From: a virus
Virus record (IMG/VR): IMGVR_UViG_3300001199_000007
Span: 633 to 64,632 of that record
DNA length: 64,000 nucleotides
Direction: 5' to 3' (one strand)
Part shown: piece by piece, positions 34,784 to 43,169 of the stretch
Layout: the number at the start of each line of letters is the position of its first letter
Position numbering within the stretch: position 1 is the first letter of the stretch
Position numbers and translations under genes: made by a program
Notes under the pieces: generated by a model
Told to the model about the DNA's origin: nothing
Database searches by the model: none
Seen by the model: only the letters and a program-made list of their open reading frames with translations

Positions 34784-36756
34784 GCGGCCTTCTGCTGTGA
34801 GGCCACGTGACCCTTCTCGAGCCAGGCCGTGGTGAAGGTGGCCGTCGGCAGCCCGGCCGGCTCTGCCTTGAGGGTGCCCAACAGCAGGGCCCCGTCGAGG
34901 AACCCGCTTCGCACGGCGGTGGCGAGCCAGCGCATCAACTTGCCGCGGTTCGCGATCGACAGGACGTCGATGCGGTCGAGTACGATGTAGCGGATCCCGG
35001 ACTGCGCCGCGATCATCGCGGCCAGCGCCGCGTCGGCGCGCCAGCGGCCGGACTCCGACCAGAGCCCGTATGGCCGGCCGTCGATCTTGATGCTCATGTC
35101 GGCGCCGATCTGCACCAGCGGCCAGTCCGACTGCTGCGCGATCGTCTTGAGGTGCGTGTTCAGCGGTGCCAGGGTCTCGCCGAGGATCTCCCCCGGGATC
35201 CCATCGGGCGCCAGGGCCTTGGCCACGGCGTCCCAGCCCGCGATCGCTTCGTGGTGCTGCGCGGCTCGCTGGGTACGTCCCTTGGCGGCCTGCGCCGCGG
35301 TGGCGGCTTTGCGAGCGTCGGCGGTGCTGGTCTCCAGCGCCGCGATGCGGCCACGGATCTCAGCCATCTCGTTGCGGTGGCCGTCGACCTGCTCGGAGGT
35401 CGGTACGTTCTCGGCCCGCTCCTTGCGCAACGCTGCAAGCTGCTCCGCATCTGCATTGAGCGCGGAGACGCGCTGGCGTGCCTTCTGCAACTCCTCCTCG
35501 GCCGCCTTGAGCTTGCCGTCGAGCTCCCGGACCCTGCGCGAGGCCTCGTCCCGCGCGGCCTGGACCGCGGCGTCCGTGGCCGGCAGGTCCGGCGTGGGAT
35601 CATCCTGCGCGTGGTCCGGCGAGGCGTAGTCCGGGAACTGCCTGTTGAACGCCACCAGCAGGTCGACGGCCATGTCGTAGAACGGGACATTCGCCCAGGG
35701 CGTCACGGTACCGTCGGCGCCGGCAATGCCTTCGGATTCCGATGCGACCTCGTAGATCCCGCGGACGACGCCGATTGCGTCGACCAGGATGGCCGGAGGT
35801 TCGCCCCGGCGCGGTGCGGCCGGCGTTGGCTTCGTCGCCCCCTTGCGTGCGGCGGGCCCGGCGGCGGGAGCCTCGCTCACGATCTCTTCGAGACGCTTCT
35901 GCGCGGCGGCGAGATCGTCGCGACGGAATGAGACCTCGTCCTCGCACTTCTGGACCCCGTTCACGGCCTCGGTCCGCTTCTGGACGCGCAGGTCGAGTTC
36001 GGTGATTCGTGCGTCGCGGCTGCGCGCGGCCTCCTGCAGGCCGGCGAGCCGGCCGAGCTCCTGCGTGGCTGCATCGAGCTCGGCCTTGGCGCTGGTGAGC
36101 TTGGCTTCGTCACGCTCGAAACCGGCGGCGTCGTAGTCGGGGACTTCTGCGCGCCAGCCCTGCGCCTTCTGAGGGCCCCACTTCTCCCCGGTGACCTCCT
36201 GCCAGGCGCCCTTGCTCACGGTGGCGCGACGCGCGGCCTCCTTTGAAGCTGCCTCGAAGCCCTCGCGCTGCAGCGTGGGCAGGATCTCGGCAACCATGGT
36301 CTCGGCGACACCGTCGCGGCGCTTCAAGCGGGCCGCGACGACGTCGGCGCTGAGCCCACTGCGCATCAGGCCGAAGAGGAATTTGCGCCGCGTCGTCTCG
36401 TCCATCGCCGCGAACCGCTGCGCGTTGAGGACGTAGCGGATCGTCGGGGCGAAGGCCTTGCCCTCGTCGGTGAGCTTCTCCCCCCAGGTCCCCGACGGAA
36501 CCTGGAACGAGCACGTCCCGATCGTGGAGTCCACGACGACCTGGCCGTCCTTGGCGCCATCGGTGACGACCTGGCCGTAGTCCTTCTTGAGCGAGACGCG
36601 CGCCATCTCGCCCGTCATCGCCAGGGCAACGGCTTCGAAGATGCTGGACTTGCCGGCGTCGTTCTCGCCAGCGATCACGGCGATGGGCGTGGGGATCGCG
36701 ATGTCGACGTCGCGGGCGCCGATGAAGTTGCGGGCTTGGATCCGGTTCAGGCGCAT
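34780..36756 (-). CDS. SbcC/Rad50-like SMC-type ATPase (658 aa)
   Basis: Walker A GENDAGKSS, long coiled coil, signature-like LWSESGRWR, Walker B IVLDRID. Confidence 0.8.
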   Translation of the reverse strand: MRLNRIQARNFIGARDVDIAIPTPIAVIAGENDAGKSSIFEAVALAMTGEMARVSLKKDYGQVVTDGAKDGQVVVDSTIGTCSFQVPSGTWGEKLTDEGKAFAPTIRYVLNAQRFAAMDETTRRKFLFGLMRSGLSADVVAARLKRRDGVAETMVAEILPTLQREGFEAASKEAARRATVSKGAWQEVTGEKWGPQKAQGWRAEVPDYDAAGFERDEAKLTSAKAELDAATQELGRLAGLQEAARSRDARITELDLRVQKRTEAVNGVQKCEDEVSFRRDDLAAAQKRLEEIVSEAPAAGPAARKGATKPTPAAPRRGEPPAILVDAIGVVRGIYEVASESEGIAGADGTVTPWANVPFYDMAVDLLVAFNRQFPDYASPDHAQDDPTPDLPATDAAVQAARDEASRRVRELDGKLKAAEEELQKARQRVSALNADAEQLAALRKERAENVPTSEQVDGHRNEMAEIRGRIAALETSTADARKAATAAQAAKGRTQRAAQHHEAIAGWDAVAKALAPDGIPGEILGETLAPLNTHLKTIAQQSDWPLVQIGADMSIKIDGRPYGLWSESGRWRADAALAAMIAAQSGIRYIVLDRIDVLSIANRGKLMRWLATAVRSGFLDGALLLGTLKAEPAGLPTATFTTAWLEKGHVASQQKAA

Positions 36757-36760
36757 GGCG

Positions 36761-37843
36761 TCACTCCACGTTCATGCCGCCGAGGTCGGACGTGTCCACA
36801 GCCTTCAGCGGCGCCTGCTCCTGCGCCTTCTGCTCGTTCGCGGGGACCTTCTCGCGCTCCTTGGTGTTGATGGGGAGGTCGAGCTTCTCGCCGGGCTCGT
36901 GCGTGACCGCCTCGTTGCCCTGCGGGATCGGTTCCTCGCCGTCGACCACAGCCTTGGCCATGTCGGGATCCGCCATGGCCCCGATGTCGATGAGCTTCGC
37001 GGAGTCCCCGTCGATCTCGGCCGCGATGCCGAGGGCGCTGCCTTCGGCACCCATGGCCTTGGGCAGCTTCTTGCAGTGCTTCTTGATCGCGGACTTCGCC
37101 GCCATGTCGTCCTCCCACAACTCCCAGGGCGTGTCGGCCAACTTGGCCACGGCCTGGTCGAAGTCGCGGAGGATCTGCTTCGAGGGGTTCTCGCCGGCAC
37201 GTTCGAATGCGGTGCGGGCCTCACGCTCGCGCGTCTGCAGGACCTTGTGGGTTTCGGAGCGGCCGCGGATCTTGAGGATCTCGTCGAGCGGCAGGATGGT
37301 GGCGGCCTCGCCACCCGAGATCTCGCTGTAGCAGAACGCGCCGATGAGCTCGCCGCGGTCCTTGAGCGCCTTGGCGTAGCGCAGGAACGTCTCGGTGCCG
37401 AGTTGATGTTCGAAGCGATCGCCGTCGTGGATGGCCTCGCTCTGGAACTTCGTCAGGCCGGGCAGGCGGTGGGCCAGCGTGATGTAGCCGCGGTACCCGA
37501 TCTGGAACTGGCAGTCGTAGACGTCGATCCAGTTGCCGTCTACCTGGGCGCGCCGCTTGTAGGGGATCAGGTAGGCCTGCCCCTCGACGGTGTTGGGCTC
37601 GAGCCCCAGCGCCGTGGACGTCATGATGGCGCCCAGCACGCTCTGGGGGTTGCAGCGCTGCAGGTTGGGCGTGCGCGCCACCGCGTTCACGGCGAGGCGC
37701 AGCATCCGCTCGTGAGTGAGATAGCGGGTCGCGACGCCCTGGAGACCCTTCTTGACCTTGTCGGACCGCAGGATGTCGATGATGGTGGCGACGGCTCCGC
37801 CCCTGGGGGCGTTGGCGGCATCGCGTAGTGCGTTCGTGCTCAT
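36761..37843 (-). CDS. recT: RecT-family ssDNA annealing protein
   Basis: LQRCNPQSVLGAIM..LGLEP..QAYLIPY..FQIGYRGYITLA; MAAKSAIKK. Confidence 0.9.
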   Translation of the reverse strand: MSTNALRDAANAPRGGAVATIIDILRSDKVKKGLQGVATRYLTHERMLRLAVNAVARTPNLQRCNPQSVLGAIMTSTALGLEPNTVEGQAYLIPYKRRAQVDGNWIDVYDCQFQIGYRGYITLAHRLPGLTKFQSEAIHDGDRFEHQLGTETFLRYAKALKDRGELIGAFCYSEISGGEAATILPLDEILKIRGRSETHKVLQTREREARTAFERAGENPSKQILRDFDQAVAKLADTPWELWEDDMAAKSAIKKHCKKLPKAMGAEGSALGIAAEIDGDSAKLIDIGAMADPDMAKAVVDGEEPIPQGNEAVTHEPGEKLDLPINTKEREKVPANEQKAQEQAPLKAVDTSDLGGMNVE

Positions 37844-37872
37844 TGGGATGTACCTCTGCTGATCTGCTGGTT

Positions 37873-38790
37873 CTATTTGGTGAGGAACCGGCGGACGCCG
37901 GCGACCGTCTTGCTGTGTCGCTTGATGACTTCGGGATCCACGGCCCCGGCGGAGGCCGCGACCGACTCCCAGTCGGTTTTGCTGCCGTCCTTGGCCTTCT
38001 TCCAGGTGATGACCGGCTTCCCGTGGACGGTGAGGGTGGTGGCGTCGGCCATTGCCATCTGGATCCGCGCCTTGAGCGCGTCGTGGTGCTTGTCAGCGGC
38101 CGCGCTCTTCTCCCTGGCGATCAGGTACTCGTCGACGACGTGGACGAGATCGACGTCGGAGGCCTCGAGCACCTTGGTTGGGTCCGGTTCGATCCAGCGC
38201 AGGATGTCGTCGACGGTCGACGGCGGTGGCGGCGACTTCCGCAGGATGTGCTCGGCCCAGAACTGGTGGGCACGTTCCTGCATCTTGCCGATGACGTCAG
38301 CAGCTGCCTCGATCGGGTAGACGCGGTGCTCATCGAAGCCGATCACGGCAACAATGAAGCCGTAGTGCCGTTCCGACAGACCCAGACCCCACTGCGCCTG
38401 GGCAGTGACGTAGGTCGGGGCGCCCTCGGGATCTCCGTCGAAGCCCCATTCCTTCGACGCCATGGGGTGCACGGACTTGAACTCGCTGTTCGCGAGGATG
38501 TCGCCGGTGCGCGTCAGCACCTCAGCATCGAGTTCGGCTTTGAAGTACGGGAACTGCTCGTGCTCGATGCGGCGATTCTGATCGATGACGGCGAAGCCGC
38601 GCTCCTCGAGCACGGCCGCGGCGAAGGGTTCCAGGGCCTTGCGGCGCTTGAAGAAGAGCTTGGTCTGCTCGTCGAGATCCGGCGCGTCGCCGATGATCGT
38701 GTGGTACTCGTCGAGCGGGGTGCGGAAGGGCGACACACCGAGGATGCCGGCGATGTTGGCGCCGCCGATGTAGTAGCGGGGATGGGACAC
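37873..38790 (-). CDS. YqaJ-like (lambda-exonuclease family) viral recombination nuclease
   Basis: IGGANIAGILGVSPFRTP, AELDA, EFKS, YVTAQAQWGL, FWAEHI...PPP. Confidence 0.88.
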   Translation of the reverse strand: MSHPRYYIGGANIAGILGVSPFRTPLDEYHTIIGDAPDLDEQTKLFFKRRKALEPFAAAVLEERGFAVIDQNRRIEHEQFPYFKAELDAEVLTRTGDILANSEFKSVHPMASKEWGFDGDPEGAPTYVTAQAQWGLGLSERHYGFIVAVIGFDEHRVYPIEAAADVIGKMQERAHQFWAEHILRKSPPPPSTVDDILRWIEPDPTKVLEASDVDLVHVVDEYLIAREKSAAADKHHDALKARIQMAMADATTLTVHGKPVITWKKAKDGSKTDWESVAASAGAVDPEVIKRHSKTVAGVRRFLTK

Positions 38791-38802
38791 GATTGGTTCC
38801 TC

Positions 38803-38949
38803 TCAGGGGAGCGGGATCGAAATCGGCGTGTCGCTGCGGACATCGCGACGGCGCCGGCGGGCGTAGAGGTCGCGGGCGCATAGCCACCCCGCGACAAAGG
38901 CAACGAGGATCAGAACGGCAGCGGTGCCGAAAAGGGGTTCAAGCGGCAT
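38803..38949 (-). CDS. Small single-TM protein (48 aa)
   Basis: LFGTAAVLILVAFVAGWLCA followed by RRRRR. Confidence 0.45.
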   Translation of the reverse strand: MPLEPLFGTAAVLILVAFVAGWLCARDLYARRRRRDVRSDTPISIPLP

Positions 38950-39154
38950 GGGCGTGCTCCGTGATTTCGGCGCGTAGGGCTCGCAGACGAGTGATGAGGC
39001 GCTGATAGCGCAGGCCGTCGGCGACCAGCCCTCGGGCACAGCGCACGTAGCCGTCGAACGGGCGGGTGCGCAGGTCGAACCGATCCAGCCCCAATTCGGC
39101 CGCGACGAGGTCGGAGGCGATGCGGGCGGCTACTCGGGCCATGGGAGCCCCCAT
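38939..39154 (-). CDS. Hypothetical protein (~71 aa)
   Basis: Operon position and codon usage; start uncertain (39154 or 39142). Confidence 0.4.
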   Translation of the reverse strand: MGAPMARVAARIASDLVAAELGLDRFDLRTRPFDGYVRCARGLVADGLRYQRLITRLRALRAEITEHAHAA

Positions 39155-39312
39155 TCGTGCCCCTGGAACTCGTCGAGACGATCGGGACGTTCGGGATCGT
39201 GGAGAACCAGGACGTGGTCGATCTCGACCCAGCACGGTGCCGTGCTGGCCTTGGCCTCGGTGACGTCGGCGGCCACCGGCATGCCCTGGAACAGGAGCGG
39301 GGCACCGGTCAT
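39130..39312 (-). CDS. Hypothetical protein (60 aa)
   Basis: ATGA coupling to the upstream gene. Confidence 0.4.
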   Translation of the reverse strand: MTGAPLLFQGMPVAADVTEAKASTAPCWVEIDHVLVLHDPERPDRLDEFQGHEWGLPWPE

Positions 39313-39494
39313 GCCGCGCTCCATTCGATCCACTGGCGGACGTAGCCCTGGTCTTCCCACTCCGCGGCCAGGTCCTCTCGGGCAGCGTCCCAGCTGGTGC
39401 CGAACTCTTCCTCGACCTCGCAGACCACGATGATGGCATCGGGGTGCTTGTTGGCGAGCCTGGCCGCCTTGTTGAAGGCCTCGGCGCGGGTCAT
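39309..39494 (-). CDS. Hypothetical acidic protein (61 aa)
   Basis: ATGA coupling to the Rha stop. Confidence 0.55.
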   Translation of the reverse strand: MTRAEAFNKAARLANKHPDAIIVVCEVEEEFGTSWDAAREDLAAEWEDQGYVRQWIEWSAA

Positions 39495-40033
39495 GACAGC
39501 GACTCCGGGCTGTGCTGGCGCAGCGCGGCCACCAAGTCGAAGTCGCGAACGGCATCCTCGGCGGCCGCGATGATGAGGTCCTTGACCGAGGCACCCTGGG
39601 TGATGGCCTTGACCTTGAGCTTGCGGTGCAGTTCGCCGCTCATGACCACCTGGGTGCGAACAGAGGGCCTCGCTAGCGGGATCTCCGCTGGCGTGGTGAC
39701 AGTCAACCCGTGGACCGCAGCCTCCAGCCGGTTGAAGGCGTCGATGTAAGCCAACTTGAAGTCGAGAGCCCGCTTCCCGGTGAACCCCATCGCGAGGAGG
39801 GTGAATCCGTCACGCGTGAGGGTGTAGGCGGGGAGCTTGCGGCCTGAGCGGTCGGTGTAGTCGCTGGGCGGAAAATTCCGCCCAGCGAAGGGCGGCGGCG
39901 TTTCCGCGATCAGGCTGCGAATCGCTTCCAGCACGTCCTTGTGCGGGCGAGCGAAGACGCGAGCAACTTCTTGGCTGGTAGTGACGGCGCGGCCGTCGGC
40001 GAGGGATACAACAGGCGCGATTGCGCTGGTCAT
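39491..40033 (-). CDS. rha: Rha-family regulator/antirepressor with C-terminal RHH-like domain (180 aa)
   Basis: TTSQEVARVFARPHKDVLEAIR, YTLTRDGFTLLAMGFTG..ALDFKLAYIDAFNRLE; SD AGGAG. Confidence 0.88.
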   Translation of the reverse strand: MTSAIAPVVSLADGRAVTTSQEVARVFARPHKDVLEAIRSLIAETPPPFAGRNFPPSDYTDRSGRKLPAYTLTRDGFTLLAMGFTGKRALDFKLAYIDAFNRLEAAVHGLTVTTPAEIPLARPSVRTQVVMSGELHRKLKVKAITQGASVKDLIIAAAEDAVRDFDLVAALRQHSPESLS

Positions 40034-40094
40034 GTGCGACTCCTGCGTGAGTTCCGAGAACCCTCGCGGAGCCGTTCTTACGCAGCCCAGCGAG

Positions 40095-40180
40095 GTGGCC
40101 GGGAGGTTAAGAACCGAACGCAGTCGGCGGACTTCTTCCCCCTTGCGGGGTGTTGTATCCGTCACCCTCCCGGCCGTTGA
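40095..40180 (-). ncRNA. C4-like (P1 c4/P4 CI-type) antisense RNA
   Basis: 10-bp closing stem GGCCGGGAGG/CCTCCCGGCC, internal CCCC-GCAA-GGGG hairpin, and CUGCGUUCGG and GUUCUUA segments complementary to flanking boxes. Confidence 0.7.
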
Positions 40181-40244
40181 ACGGATGCCGGGCACAAAAA
40201 AACCGCGCTGACGGGTGCGGATACCGCTGCGTTCGGAGTTCTTA

Positions 40245-41429
40245 GGAACGTCTGAACAAGCCACGAATTCATCGGCGGCTGAGTGCGTGATGGCGCGGCA
40301 GGGCGACGATGCAGTAAGGATTTCGCTGCAGGCAGGGCGATGATCGAGTTTTCGATGTGGTTTCATTGCGTTCTCCCCTCACATCCCGAACTGCGGACGC
40401 AATCCGCCTGTCAGGGCCAACAATTTCTTGCGCACCAGCCACAGGTTCGCCAGTGCAAACAGGGTGACGATCTGCGCGGTGTTCTTGGCCAGGCCCTTGA
40501 ATCGCACCTTCACGAAACCGAACTGGCGCTTCACCACCCGGAACGGATGCTCGACGCGCGCACGAATGCTCGCTTTGCGGTGCTCGATCTTTTCCATCGC
40601 GCGCTTGTGACGACCGTCGGGCAACGCCTGAATACGGCCCCGACGCGCGGCGATCTCCCAGCGCATGCCCCGGCGCGCGACGCGATGCTGCGCGCCGGTG
40701 TAGCCGGCATCGGCGTAGGTGACTTCTTCCTTGCCGTGCAGCAGTTCGTCCACCACCTCGATGTCCGCTTCATTGGCCGGCGTGGTCACGACCGTGTGCA
40801 CCAGACCCGAGTCGACATCCGCGCCGATGTGCGCCTTCATGCCGAAGTACCACTGCTTGCCCTTGCTCGTCGAGTGCATCTCCGGATCGCGCTGCCCTTC
40901 TGCGTTCTTGGTCGAACTCGGCGCGGCAATGATGGTGGCGTCCACCATGCTGCCACGCCGCAGAAGCAGACCCTGGCGAGTCAGATGCGCATTGATCCGC
41001 GTGAAGATCGCCGCAGCCAAGTCGTTGACCTCCAGCAGGCGCCGAAAATTGAGAATGGTGGTCTCGTCGGGAATCGCCCGGGTCAGCGACAGTCCGGCGA
41101 ACTGGCGCATCGAGGCCACTTCGTACAGGGCCTCTTCCATCGCCGGATCGGACAGCCCGAACCAGTTCTGCATCAGGTGAATGCGCAGCATCGTCGCCAG
41201 CGGGTACGGGTGACGACCGCGCCCGGCCACCGGATACAACGGCTCAATCAGATTCAGCAGCGACTTCCACGGCACCACCTGATCCATCTCGGCCAGGAAC
41301 ACCTCGCGCCGCGTCTGTTTGCGCTTGCCGGCGTACTCCGCGTCCCCAAAGCTCAGCTGCGTCATCCCCGTCCCCTTTCGCTCAGTCCCAGCTCTCGACC
41401 ATTATCCGGGAGACTTGTTCAGATGTTCC
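40245..41429 (-). mobile_element. IS5-family (IS5 group) insertion sequence, 1185 bp
   Basis: 16-bp terminal IRs GGAAC(G/A)TCTGAACAAG (15/16 match); 4-bp TSD CTTA at 40241-40244 and 41430-41433. Confidence 0.93.
40379..41365 (-). CDS. IS5 transposase (328 aa)
   Basis: MTQLSF..KRKQTRRE.FL.EM, MVDATII, WYFGMKAHIG.D, ADAGY, RARVEHPF. Confidence 0.95.
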   Translation of the reverse strand: MTQLSFGDAEYAGKRKQTRREVFLAEMDQVVPWKSLLNLIEPLYPVAGRGRHPYPLATMLRIHLMQNWFGLSDPAMEEALYEVASMRQFAGLSLTRAIPDETTILNFRRLLEVNDLAAAIFTRINAHLTRQGLLLRRGSMVDATIIAAPSSTKNAEGQRDPEMHSTSKGKQWYFGMKAHIGADVDSGLVHTVVTTPANEADIEVVDELLHGKEEVTYADAGYTGAQHRVARRGMRWEIAARRGRIQALPDGRHKRAMEKIEHRKASIRARVEHPFRVVKRQFGFVKVRFKGLAKNTAQIVTLFALANLWLVRKKLLALTGGLRPQFGM

Positions 41430-41447
41430 CTTACGCTCCTTGCGCGC

Positions 41448-41476
41448 TTTGTACGCCGTAGATAGGTTTACGTCAA
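41448..41476 (-). promoter_or_regulatory. Sigma70-like leftward promoter of the C4/rha leader
   Basis: -35 TTGACG, 17-nt spacer, -10 TACAAA. An overlapping rightward TTGCGC-17-TAGGTT could drive the lipoprotein gene. Confidence 0.55.
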
Positions 41477-41477
41477 C

Positions 41478-41798
41478 ATGAAAGCCCGGCACCCCCTCCT
41501 CATCGCGCTGATCGCCCTGATCTGCGGCTGCGGTCCCAGCACGTGGGATGAATGCATCCTTGAGAACATGCGAGGCGTGCAGAGCGACGTTGCGGCGCGA
41601 GCCATCGGAGCTGCGTGCGACGAGAGGTTCCCGCAGGGCTTGAAGCCGTACACCGGTCCTGTCTCGAAAAGCCCGGAGCCCGAAGCTCAACTCAGCCCCG
41701 TGGATGCTGCAAAGCGCGCCGAACTCGTTGCGAGACGAGACGCGCTGCAGCGGGCGTTGGATAGCATGCCGGACGCGGCCATCAGAGTCGTGGAGTAG
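41478..41798 (+). CDS. Lipoprotein (106 aa), moron-like
   Basis: MKARHPLLIALIALICGC signal peptide/lipobox; oriented against the early operon. Confidence 0.65.
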   Translation: MKARHPLLIALIALICGCGPSTWDECILENMRGVQSDVAARAIGAACDERFPQGLKPYTGPVSKSPEPEAQLSPVDAAKRAELVARRDALQRALDSMPDAAIRVVE

Positions 41799-41809
41799 CT
41801 CGGAACGGA

Positions 41810-42088
41810 TCACGGAGCCGGCTCCGGCCCACCATCGCAGGAGAGGTCCTGCGCGCAGTAGCGCTCGAAGCACTCCATGTCGGTCTGGCAGAGGGCCTCG
41901 GCGACCGTGGCCTGGCGCAGGGCCAGCGAGGCCAAGAAGTACGCGAAGATCCCGAAAGCGATTAACCCCAGCGCGTCCATGAGGATCAGGATGCGATCGT
42001 GACGGCGCGCGGCCTCGGAACGGCGCTCCTTGGGTGCGTAGTCGACCTGGGACAGCGACGACTCAGGCGGAGGGGGGCGGTGCTTCAT
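41810..42088 (-). CDS. First gene of the leftward operon; single-TM protein with Cys-rich C-terminus
   Basis: SD GGGAG; TM ALGLIAFGIFAYFLASLAL; CQTDMEC..YC..C. Confidence 0.55.
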   Translation of the reverse strand: MKHRPPPPESSLSQVDYAPKERRSEAARRHDRILILMDALGLIAFGIFAYFLASLALRQATVAEALCQTDMECFERYCAQDLSCDGGPEPAP

Positions 42089-42133
42089 TTCGATCTCCCT
42101 GCAATGTCGATCGGTTTACATCCGGCGTAGATC

Positions 42134-42209
42134 AGCCTACGCCCGCAAAAATACATTTGCAAGTCTGCTGTCATGGGGTTGACAGCAGAGATACAGAGCG
42201 CCCAAGAAT
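42134..42209. promoter_or_regulatory. Back-to-back divergent promoters with a central palindromic operator
   Basis: Leftward TTGCAA-17-TAGGCT (42162-42134). Rightward TTGACA at 42179-42184 with a weak -10. Perfect inverted repeat TCTGCTGTCA-N6-TGACAGCAGA at 42164-42189. Confidence 0.65.
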
Positions 42210-42215
42210 ACCGCC

Positions 42216-42539
42216 ATGCTCAAGCAAGACGCGCTCAGCGAAGTCGGTGGGGTTGTGAAGCTGGCGGAAACGATCGGCCTGACGCACCCATCGGTCTCGG
42301 CGCTGCCGGAAAAGCTGTCGCTGGCGCACGCGGATCGGGTCCGCGGCGCCTTGATACGGCTGCGATGGCCGGAGCCGCCGAAGAAGCTGCCGAAGAGCCC
42401 GAAGGCCGCACTCGCGGTCCTCGACGCCTACCTCGAGAAGCTCCAGGCCGCGGTGCCCAGGCACCTGCGAACCGACGACGGCGACGACCAGCGTTTGCGC
42501 GAGCTCGTGGAGCAGCAACAGCGGCAGAAGGCCGCGTAG
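42216..42539 (+). CDS. Cro-like HTH regulator with C-terminal extension
   Basis: MLKQDALSEVGGVVKLAETIGLTHPSVSALPEKL..ADRVRGALIRL resembles Cro-type HTH; first gene of the replication operon. Confidence 0.65.
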   Translation: MLKQDALSEVGGVVKLAETIGLTHPSVSALPEKLSLAHADRVRGALIRLRWPEPPKKLPKSPKAALAVLDAYLEKLQAAVPRHLRTDDGDDQRLRELVEQQQRQKAA

Positions 42540-42606
42540 GTCCCAATCGTCAACGTTCCGCGGCAGCGATTGCAGCGCCGGCGCGGGGCCCGAACAGGAA
42601 AGGAAG

Positions 42607-42804
42607 ATGAATCAGCGTTTCTCGGAGTGGCCCGGCGTCGGAACCCGCAAGGGTTGCGTGAACCAGGCCTCGCTTAAATCCCCGTGGCGGCGGTCGACCT
42701 TTCCCACGTCTGCAAACCGGCGGCGGGCCATTCCGAGAAGCCCTGATTCGACGATGTTCCACGTGAAACGCCGCGCAGCGGCTCGACTTAGGGGCGCTCG
42801 CTGA
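42607..42804 (+). CDS. Small hypothetical protein (65 aa)
   Basis: SD AAGGAAG; TGATG coupling to the HNH gene. Contains the parS-like site. Confidence 0.35.
   Translation: MNQRFSEWPGVGTRKGCVNQASLKSPWRRSTFPTSANRRRAIPRSPDSTMFHVKRRAAARLRGAR
42755..42770. other. parS-like site TGTTCCACGTGAAACG
   Basis: 15/16 match to the chromosomal parS consensus TGTTNCACGTGAAACA. Confidence 0.6.
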
Positions 42805-43169
42805 TGGCGACCTGGGTGGATTTCGAGGGGCGGGTCTGGCCCGTGGTGAGGAGTCTCAGACGACTCAAGTTCAAGTACCCCTTGCATGCCGCACTGCGTC
42901 GGCACGTGTTCCACCGCGATGCCTTCACGTGCAGGCGATGCCCGGCCCGGGCGATCGACATACCGGCCGATTACGACGGACGGATGACGCTGTTCACGGA
43001 CACCTTCACTTCGCCAGGGTGGCGAGACCTCCTGGTGCTGGATCACATCCTGACGCTGCGCGCCGGTGGTCTGAGCACCGTTGAGAACCTGCAGACGCTG
43101 TGCGAGACCTGCAATAGGCGAAAGATCCCCGAGGACATCGCTGCGGCGCAGGCGGTGGTGGGCTGGTGA
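42804..43169 (+). CDS. HNH endonuclease
   Basis: RDAFTCRRC..LDHILTLRAGG..ENLQTLCETCNRRK. Confidence 0.85.
   Translation: MATWVDFEGRVWPVVRSLRRLKFKYPLHAALRRHVFHRDAFTCRRCPARAIDIPADYDGRMTLFTDTFTSPGWRDLLVLDHILTLRAGGLSTVENLQTLCETCNRRKIPEDIAAAQAVVGW

Noticed and set aside
40034-40366. N-terminal extension of the Rha ORF (ash/icd-like translation)
   Set aside because: It starts inside the IS end and runs through the C4 RNA; best explained as non-coding leader. Rha has its own SD at ATG 40033.
40283-41461. 392-aa plus-strand ORF across IS5
   Set aside because: Antisense shadow of the transposase.
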